Assembly (NCBI GenBank): GCA_964630975.1
Contig: CAZVVY010000004.1
Location: 37,912-101,911 of the forward strand
Reading direction: 5' to 3'
DNA: 64,000 bases
From: Candidatus Micrarchaeota archaeon
Lineage (GTDB): Archaea > Micrarchaeota > Micrarchaeia > Norongarragalinales > Norongarragalinaceae
Shown: piece after piece, positions 57,956-64,000 of the stretch
Layout: every line of letters starts with the position of its first letter
Numbering within the stretch: position 1 is the stretch's first letter
The notes under the pieces: model-generated
What the model was told of the DNA's origin: nothing
The model's input: the letters and a program-made list of their open reading frames with translations, nothing else
Databases searched by the model: none
Translations under genes and position numbers: made by a program

Positions 57956-60199
57956 ATGAAGCGCTTGTTGTTTGCATTATTGTTCGCCGTTTTCACGGCG
58001 ACCGCGGTTAGTGCCGGGTCGGTAATAACCCTTTACCCTGACGTTATCGAAGTGGAGGCCTGCATTTGTGATGCCCAGCCGGTCACGTTTACGGCGAGCG
58101 TCACCGAGCCCGGCGATTACTCGTTCGTAAAGACGGGGGACGATTACGGCTCTATTACTGTGCCCATTGCCCCTCCCGAATGGGGTTTTCCGGACAGTGA
58201 AAAGGATTTTTCTTCGTTTGTCACGCCGAGCTGCTTCATGTCGGTGGGCGACTACGACTTGAAGGTTACTGCCGAAGGCCCGTCAACCGATTACTTCGAT
58301 TTGGTGGTCCACGTATCCCCCTGCGTTTCAATGGAGGACTTGAACCCCAGTAAGAGCATGTGCTTCGGCCAAACCAAGACGTACCAGATACGCCTGAAGA
58401 ACGACTCGCGCACCGCCGATAAGAATTACACGTTGTTCTTTTCTGGCGCCGCGTCCAAGGCGGTTGACGCGCCCACCCAGGTTTTCGTTCCCTCCGAAGG
58501 CGAGGCAATAACCGAGTTTTCGGTGGATTCAACGCTTTTGGAGGTAGGCGAGCACGATCTCGAAATAAGGGCGGTCGCCATTTACTCTCTTACGGGCCAG
58601 CCCACCGAGGACGCGGCCTCGCTCGAAATGGCTTTCGACGTGAACGACTGCCAAAGTGTTTCAATAGGCGTCGAAGAAATCGACAAGTGTTTCGAGGACC
58701 CGAAAACGGTTCCCGTTACGTTTACCAACAACGGGCCAATAATCGAAGAGTTGTCGTTGGACACGGATTCGGTGCACGCTTCCTTCACTCGATCTTCCCT
58801 TGAATTGTTGCCCGGCGTTTCCAAGACCGTGCAACTCACGCTTTCACAGGAATTCGACGCGAAATCCGTTGAATTGATTGCGGACTCGGCAATCGGCTCG
58901 CGAATGGCCCGCGAAGTGTCGGTTCACTCCGAAGACTGTTACTCGATTTTAATCGACGGCCCGGCCAACGAGTCGTCTTGCTCGGATTGGAGAAGCACTT
59001 TCGAATTCGTTGTTACCAACGACGGGGACGCCGATACGTTTACCGTGGAATCGGATATGGCTTTCTCCAGCGTTTCACCTTCTTCTTTTGAGTTGGCGCA
59101 CGGCGAAAGCCGGGCAGTCAATTTGATTGTAGCGCCCGGACTCGAAGACGGCGCTTATGACGCCAAGCTAACCGTTTCCTCTTCCAAGGCAGAAGCCGAA
59201 CACGAGGCGAACCTCAACTTCGAGAGGTGTTACCGCGTGCGCCTCGCCGCCGAGCCGTACTTCGTCTGCCAGTGCGAGGACAAGGCATTCCCCGTGGACA
59301 TCCTCAACGTGGGATCCCACCCCGACGAGTACGTGGTAGGCTTAACCGACGGCCAGGAATGGTTGTTGTTCGACAACAAAACGGTCCGCGTCTCCGGGAA
59401 CTCGCGCGTAACCGTGAACCCTCGCGCGTTCACTTGCGATGCAGCCGAGCCCGGCGAGTACAGCGCAATACTCAACGTTATTTCGACCACCCAAAACAAT
59501 TCGGAGCGCTCGAGCAAGGTTTGCATAAATTACACGATGCTGTCCAAAGCAGAGTGTTACACCGCAGTCATAGAGGCAAGTGACGGCGAGTACGTGGAAT
59601 GCAATTCGTCCCTCGTGCCCTTCAACGTAACCAATTCGGGACCGGTCAAAAACGCGTTCTCCTTGAAGGTGGAAGGCCCCAAGTGGGTGAACGTCAACCC
59701 TGAAATACTGACGCTCAAGCCGCACGAGCGCGGCCAATCTTACTTAGTCATCTCGCCCCCCCTCAACACCGTGGGACAGGAATTCGACGTCAAGATTCGC
59801 GCCATTTCAAAGGGAGTGGCAACCGAGAAAACGGTTAAACTCAAAATCGGCGCGGTAACCGAGCCCCAAGACGTGGAATGGTACGCGCAAATGAGTCATT
59901 ACAACAACACGCTCAACGTAAGCGCCCCCACGGGCGCGATTGCGTCCGTGCTCGACCCGGCAGGCAACGTTACGCGTTACCAACTCGAACAAGGATTCGT
60001 GTTATTGGGTGCGGAAGACGGCGAATGGCTTGTCAGCGTCGAATACGGCGGCGAAACCCAGACGCTGTCCTACGTAGTCGGCGAAGAGCCCGGAGCGCAA
60101 ACCGGGTTTTTCACGGCTTCCAACGGCGCGCTGTACGCGGGCGCACTCGTGTTGCTCGCCGTGCTCCTGGTAGCCGCCTACTCCAAAACCCGCGGGTAG
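57956..60199 (+). CDS. Large secreted cell-surface protein, C-terminally membrane-anchored (S-layer/CARDB-like beta-sandwich repeats, Cys-rich)
   Basis: 747 aa. Signal MKRLLFALLFAVFTATAVSA, repeated ~100-aa beta modules each carrying C...C pairs, C-terminal ALYAGALVLLAVLLVAAY plus SKTRG. Confidence 0.7.
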   Translation: MKRLLFALLFAVFTATAVSAGSVITLYPDVIEVEACICDAQPVTFTASVTEPGDYSFVKTGDDYGSITVPIAPPEWGFPDSEKDFSSFVTPSCFMSVGDYDLKVTAEGPSTDYFDLVVHVSPCVSMEDLNPSKSMCFGQTKTYQIRLKNDSRTADKNYTLFFSGAASKAVDAPTQVFVPSEGEAITEFSVDSTLLEVGEHDLEIRAVAIYSLTGQPTEDAASLEMAFDVNDCQSVSIGVEEIDKCFEDPKTVPVTFTNNGPIIEELSLDTDSVHASFTRSSLELLPGVSKTVQLTLSQEFDAKSVELIADSAIGSRMAREVSVHSEDCYSILIDGPANESSCSDWRSTFEFVVTNDGDADTFTVESDMAFSSVSPSSFELAHGESRAVNLIVAPGLEDGAYDAKLTVSSSKAEAEHEANLNFERCYRVRLAAEPYFVCQCEDKAFPVDILNVGSHPDEYVVGLTDGQEWLLFDNKTVRVSGNSRVTVNPRAFTCDAAEPGEYSAILNVISTTQNNSERSSKVCINYTMLSKAECYTAVIEASDGEYVECNSSLVPFNVTNSGPVKNAFSLKVEGPKWVNVNPEILTLKPHERGQSYLVISPPLNTVGQEFDVKIRAISKGVATEKTVKLKIGAVTEPQDVEWYAQMSHYNNTLNVSAPTGAIASVLDPAGNVTRYQLEQGFVLLGAEDGEWLVSVEYGGETQTLSYVVGEEPGAQTGFFTASNGALYAGALVLLAVLLVAAYSKTRG

Positions 60200-60237
60200 G
60201 CGACAACGCTTTTAATTCTTTTTCCCTTTCCTTTAAC

Positions 60238-60630
60238 GTGAAGAACAAGACGATTACCGTGATAACGCGCGACCGCGCAGGCTTGTTATCGGAAGTCGCC
60301 GGAATCCTCGCCGAAAAAGGAGTCAACCTCGAATCGATTTCATTGAACACCAAGGCGCGCAAAGCCGTAATACACATCACGACTTCTTCCCTGCAACGCG
60401 CCAAGAAGGCGTTGCGCTCTAAAGGGTTCGAGCCGCTCGACGCCAACTTACTCGTGTTGACGCTTAAGGACAAGGCGGGCGAGCTCGCGCGCGCGGCAGC
60501 CTTACTCCAAGAAAAAGGAGTGCGCGTCAAGCGCCTCCACCTCGTTTCCAAGGGAAACGGCCGCGCAGTAACCGCTTTTGAAACCTCGGATAATCCGAGG
60601 GCGCGCCGAATCCTGCGGTCCTTCAACTAA
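60238..60630 (+). CDS. Tandem ACT-domain protein
   Basis: The track ORF (from 59878) is an R-rich over-extension antisense to nothing coding. GTG at 60238 gives VKNKTITVITRDRAGLLSEVAGILAEKGVNLESISL... and a second LTLKDKAGELARAAALLQEKGVRV unit. Confidence 0.75.
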   Translation: MKNKTITVITRDRAGLLSEVAGILAEKGVNLESISLNTKARKAVIHITTSSLQRAKKALRSKGFEPLDANLLVLTLKDKAGELARAAALLQEKGVRVKRLHLVSKGNGRAVTAFETSDNPRARRILRSFN

Positions 60631-60667
60631 ACTCTTTTTAGTCCGCCGGTTCAACAACCTTGTGAAT

Positions 60668-61981
60668 ATGGATTTAGGCAAAGGCATACGCTCCGCGCTC
60701 TCCAAGATAACGGGTGCGAAGCTCGTGGACGAAAAGGCGGTGGACGCCTTGTGCAAGGACTTACAGCGCGCGCTCATAACCAACGACGTGAACGTACGCC
60801 TGGTCTTCGAGTTATCCAAGAGAATCAAGGAGCGCGCCCTCGAAGAAAAACGATTGCCCGGGTTGTCGTTGCGCGAACACGTTGTCCGCGTGGTCTACGA
60901 CGAACTCGAAAAAGTGATGGGTTCCGAGGCCTTCGAGCCGCGCCTCGGAAAACAGCGCATATTGTTGTGCGGCTTGTTCGGCCAAGGCAAGACCACCACG
61001 GTCGGCAAGCTCGCAAAATATTATTCGGGTAAAGGGTTGTCCGCGGGAGTGATAGCCGGAGACGTCCACAGGCCCGCCGCCCTCGAACAATTGAGGCAGG
61101 TCGCAGAAAAATCGGGAGCCAAGTTTTACGGCGAGCCCGGCAAGAAAGACGTTAACGGAATAATCGCGAACGGGTTGAAGGAGTTGGACACCGACGTCGT
61201 AATCCTGGACTCGGCGGGCCGAAGCGCGTTCGACGAAGAGCTCGTCGAAGAATTGAAGGGCGCCGTGAAATCCTTTGAACCCGACGAGTCGTTCCTCGTA
61301 GTCAGCGCGGACATGGGTCAAGTCGCCGGAAAACAGGCGCAGGCCTTCAAGCAGGCAGTGCCGTTGACCGGAGTAATAATCTCGAAAATGGACGGCTCAG
61401 GAAAAGGCGGCGGCGCCTTGTCGAGCGTCGCGGTTTCGGGCGCGCGAATCGCGTTCATAGGAACCGGCGAAAAAACGGGGGACTTGGAGGCATTCGACCC
61501 CGAGTCCTTCGTGGGCTCGCTCGTCGGCTACGCCGACTTGAAGTCGCTGCTCGAAAAGGCGCGCGAAGTATCCGACGAAGAGGAATTGCAGAAGGCAATG
61601 GAGTCCGGCAAGCTGGATTACTCTTCTTTTCTCGCCCAAATGCGTGCCATGAAGAAGATGGGGCCGATGAAGCAAATCCTTCAAATGATCGGCGTGTACG
61701 ACGTACCCGAGGAAGTCGTGGGACAAAGCGAGGAAAAATTGAAGCAATTTGAAGCCGCCGTTTTGTCCATGACGCCCGGAGAAAGAAGCGCGCCGCCCTT
61801 GATGAAGCAGTCGTCGCGCCAAGAGCGGGTCGCCGCGGGCTCGGGTCTCAAAAAAGAGGAAGTAAAGGAGTTGGTGAAGAACTTCGAGCGCACCAGCAAG
61901 ATGATGAAGAAGTTCGGCAAGAACCGCGGGTTGATGAAACGTTTAGGCAAGAATTTTCCGGGCCTCTCGGGGTTGAAGTGA
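60668..61981 (+). CDS. srp54: Signal recognition particle protein SRP54
   Basis: ATG at 60668. N domain, G domain GLFGQGKTTT, DSAGR, SKMDG, and Met-rich M domain (MRAMKKMGPMKQILQMI). Confidence 0.95.
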   Translation: MDLGKGIRSALSKITGAKLVDEKAVDALCKDLQRALITNDVNVRLVFELSKRIKERALEEKRLPGLSLREHVVRVVYDELEKVMGSEAFEPRLGKQRILLCGLFGQGKTTTVGKLAKYYSGKGLSAGVIAGDVHRPAALEQLRQVAEKSGAKFYGEPGKKDVNGIIANGLKELDTDVVILDSAGRSAFDEELVEELKGAVKSFEPDESFLVVSADMGQVAGKQAQAFKQAVPLTGVIISKMDGSGKGGGALSSVAVSGARIAFIGTGEKTGDLEAFDPESFVGSLVGYADLKSLLEKAREVSDEEELQKAMESGKLDYSSFLAQMRAMKKMGPMKQILQMIGVYDVPEEVVGQSEEKLKQFEAAVLSMTPGERSAPPLMKQSSRQERVAAGSGLKKEEVKELVKNFERTSKMMKKFGKNRGLMKRLGKNFPGLSGLK

Positions 61982-62943
61982 GGGTGGGCGTAGAACTAAT
62001 CGACTTGGAAGAGGTTTACGGGGAAAATCGCGAAAACCCTTTGCGGTTCGTTCCCAGAATGCATTTCACCGAGGAACGCTTTTTCCGTGCTTTGATGGCT
62101 GCCGGTTTCTCTTTCCGCGCTTCAATCAAAGACGTAATCGAGAAGGGAGGGTTCACTTTACCGTTTACCGTAAGCGAAAAATCCGGGAAGAAGTTGGATG
62201 TCGACTCCGACCAATTGTTGAATTATTCGTATGGAACCACGAAAGTCAGGACTAAAAAAAATTATCCCCCCGACGCGATACTCCTACGCGAGAAAGGGGT
62301 TAAGGGGATAGAAATAAAGAAGAAGTCCCCGCAGTCGGCCGGGCCCTACCGCGCGTTGCGCGGGCTTTTCCCGGTTGGCCGCGTTTTGGGCCGCTTGAGC
62401 CACCGCGAAGTCCAAAAACACTTGGAGAATGCTTTGAGTCACCAGTACGACGTGCGCGCGGGGCCCCCCCAAGGTTTGGATAAACGCTTGAAAGAAGGCA
62501 AGTCGCTGGAGCCGCGGGACTGGAGTTACTTGTTTAACCTCGCTTACCAAACCGAAACCAGGGAAACCGAAAACGTGAAACGCTTCGTTGAAGATGCAGT
62601 TAACATACGGCGAAAAATGGTCGAACCCTACAAGTTTACGCTTTTCTCGCTGGCACCCCTCACCCACGAATGGCACTTGCTGAAGAATGTCAACAGAAAA
62701 GCGAAACAAAAAGGGACCCCGAAAATAAACGGCGTAAACCAAAAATGGGGCAAGTTAATTCTTTTTGAAAGAAACGTTGCGGAAAAGCTTGCGCACGGCG
62801 TAGTGGAACCTTCAAAACCGGCGGTACACTGGGCGAAATGGTACCTCCAAAACGTGGAAAATTACGAGGGCGGCCGGGAAAAATTCCCCTTGTATGACCC
62901 CCGCACAATAAAACACTTGAAGACCTTTTTATCGCGGGAGTGA
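61978..62943 (+). CDS. Hypothetical protein, weak PD-(D/E)xK nuclease-like motif set in the N-terminal part
   Basis: 321 aa. The GTG start overlaps the srp54 TGA. TEERFFRALMAAGFSF ... PPDAILLREKGVKGIEIKKK resembles the E...PD...ExK layout of Hjc-like nucleases (by eye only). Confidence 0.45.
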   Translation: MRVGVELIDLEEVYGENRENPLRFVPRMHFTEERFFRALMAAGFSFRASIKDVIEKGGFTLPFTVSEKSGKKLDVDSDQLLNYSYGTTKVRTKKNYPPDAILLREKGVKGIEIKKKSPQSAGPYRALRGLFPVGRVLGRLSHREVQKHLENALSHQYDVRAGPPQGLDKRLKEGKSLEPRDWSYLFNLAYQTETRETENVKRFVEDAVNIRRKMVEPYKFTLFSLAPLTHEWHLLKNVNRKAKQKGTPKINGVNQKWGKLILFERNVAEKLAHGVVEPSKPAVHWAKWYLQNVENYEGGREKFPLYDPRTIKHLKTFLSRE

Positions 62944-62947
62944 AAAA

Positions 62948-63754
62948 ATGAACTTCGAATTGTTGAGGGTTGCAATCGCCGTCGTGGGCACGGGCGCTTT
63001 GGCGTGGGAGGATTGGCGCACGAGTTTTATGGATGACCGCGTCTTGTATGCAATGATTTTTGCGGGCGCAATACTGGATTTGGCTACGCTCGACGCTTCC
63101 TTCGTTTTCTCCGCGTTTGCGCCGTTTACGTTAATCCTTTTCGGCGGCTACTTCTTGTGGCGCGCCGGCCAGTTCGGTGCGGGAGACGTTTACTTGTTTG
63201 CGGGCCTGCAATTATTGTTGCCTTTCGCGCCGTTCGGCGGACAACAACTCGTGCCGTTCGCGTTAAGCGTTTTTCTTGCCGCGTCCTTGTTCGCCGTAAT
63301 CGGGACTGCGGCGGGTTATGCCGTGATGCTTCGCGGCAAGTTGCGGGGCGTTAAAGCATTCGTTTTGGCGGCGTTGTTGTTTGCCGGCCTCGGCGTATTC
63401 GCTTTTTACGGGGCTTCTCTTGTCGTAGCCGTGTTGTACTTGTTGTTTGCCTCGTCCTTTTTCTACTTGTTGTACCGAAACGAAATAATCGAGGCCAACG
63501 TGGAAATGGTTCCATTGAGGAAAGTAGACGAGGAGGACGTGCTTGCGTTGGACCGCTTGCCGAAGTCGAAAGTGAAAGAGTTCGGCCTCGAAAAAGTGGC
63601 TACAAGAAAGCAGTTGAAACGCCTCAAAAAAACGGGCCTCAAAAAATTCCCGGTATACAAGCACTTGCCCCGGTTCGGCCCCTTCGTCTTGGCCGGCTTG
63701 CTCGCTTGCCTGGCTTTGGGCGACGTTTACTTGTTCCTAAGCGGTTTTAATTAA
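62948..63754 (+). CDS. Type IV prepilin/preflagellin peptidase (A24 family, PibD/FlaK-like)
   Basis: 268 aa, polytopic. First catalytic Asp region WEDWRTSFMDD, second GAGDVYLFAG (GxGD). Confidence 0.8.
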   Translation: MNFELLRVAIAVVGTGALAWEDWRTSFMDDRVLYAMIFAGAILDLATLDASFVFSAFAPFTLILFGGYFLWRAGQFGAGDVYLFAGLQLLLPFAPFGGQQLVPFALSVFLAASLFAVIGTAAGYAVMLRGKLRGVKAFVLAALLFAGLGVFAFYGASLVVAVLYLLFASSFFYLLYRNEIIEANVEMVPLRKVDEEDVLALDRLPKSKVKEFGLEKVATRKQLKRLKKTGLKKFPVYKHLPRFGPFVLAGLLACLALGDVYLFLSGFN

Positions 63755-63779
63755 TGAACGACTTTCATTCATTCGGCAT

Positions 63780-64000
63780 ATGCCCCCAAAAATAGAGAAG
63801 TTGTTGAAGCTGGTCGACAAGCGAATCCGCCCGAGTTCATCGGAAGCGAAAAATCAGAAGGCGTTCGCTTTGCGAGCGTGCGCCCGCCTCGAAAAAGAAT
63901 TGTCCGGTTACGGAGTTAAAACGCATTTCGTGGGTTCGGCGGCCCGCGACACGGGTCTTCGCGGAGACAACGACGTGGACTTGTTCGTTTCTTTTCCCTT
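63780..64000 (+). CDS. cca: CCA-adding enzyme, archaeal class I tRNA nucleotidyltransferase (N-terminal 73 codons, runs off the window)
   Basis: Own translation: MPPKIEKLLKLVDKRIRPSSSEAKNQKAFALRACARLEKELSGYGVKTHFVGSAARDTGLRGDNDVDLFVSFP. GSxARxTxLxGxxDxDxF is the class I signature. All three tRNA genes here lack an encoded CCA. Confidence 0.8.
   Translation, partial: MPPKIEKLLKLVDKRIRPSSSEAKNQKAFALRACARLEKELSGYGVKTHFVGSAARDTGLRGDNDVDLFVSFP

Noticed and set aside
59878-60237. 120-codon N-terminal extension of the ACT-domain ORF, overlapping the surface-protein gene
   Set aside because: The extension is R-rich and off-frame over the 3' end of a well-supported gene. The GTG at 60238 follows a T-rich spacer and starts directly at the first ACT fold.

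Overview
This window is a gene-dense, moderately GC-rich archaeal chromosome segment. Archaeal markers include histone, TFE, RpoF, RpoK, L21e, RFC large subunit, Cdc48, GGGP synthase, geranylgeranyl reductase, Taw1, Trm5, aTrm56, archaeal DtdA, NreA, archaeal-type ApgM, an ADP-dependent sugar kinase and a class I CCA enzyme. Short proteins, a split gene and many 4-nt start/stop overlaps suggest a small-genome (DPANN-like) lineage, but that is inference only. I call about 90 coding genes, one orphan 5S rRNA and three tRNAs: initiator Met, Cys-GCA, and Lys-CUU with a roughly 79-nt T-loop intron. Several small genes below the ORF-track cutoff are added (rpoK, a 59-aa pilin, micro-ORFs). The main finding is a compact eukaryote-type ubiquitylation cassette at 18.4-22.1 kb. 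It holds a minimal E1, a UBC-fold E2 (HPN...Cys), a C4HC3 RING/PHD-like zinc-finger protein, a JAMM/MPN+ isopeptidase and an 80-aa ubiquitin-like protein ending exactly in Gly-Gly. A 289-aa acidic Pro/Glu-rich disordered protein is co-operonic with it. Other notable items:
- a single-repeat (half-size) TBP
- a split Rqc2/NEMF (NFACT) homologue whose C-terminal half lies next to Cdc48
- a 1.7-kb A-tract-rich non-coding island with dyad-plus-GGCAG repeats, possibly an origin or iterons
- a six-gene class-III-signal-peptide pilin cluster
- an AAA+ / micro-ORF / histone operon
- two long convergent gene overlaps formed by basic C-terminal tails
All functional calls rest on motif recognition by eye; no database search was run.
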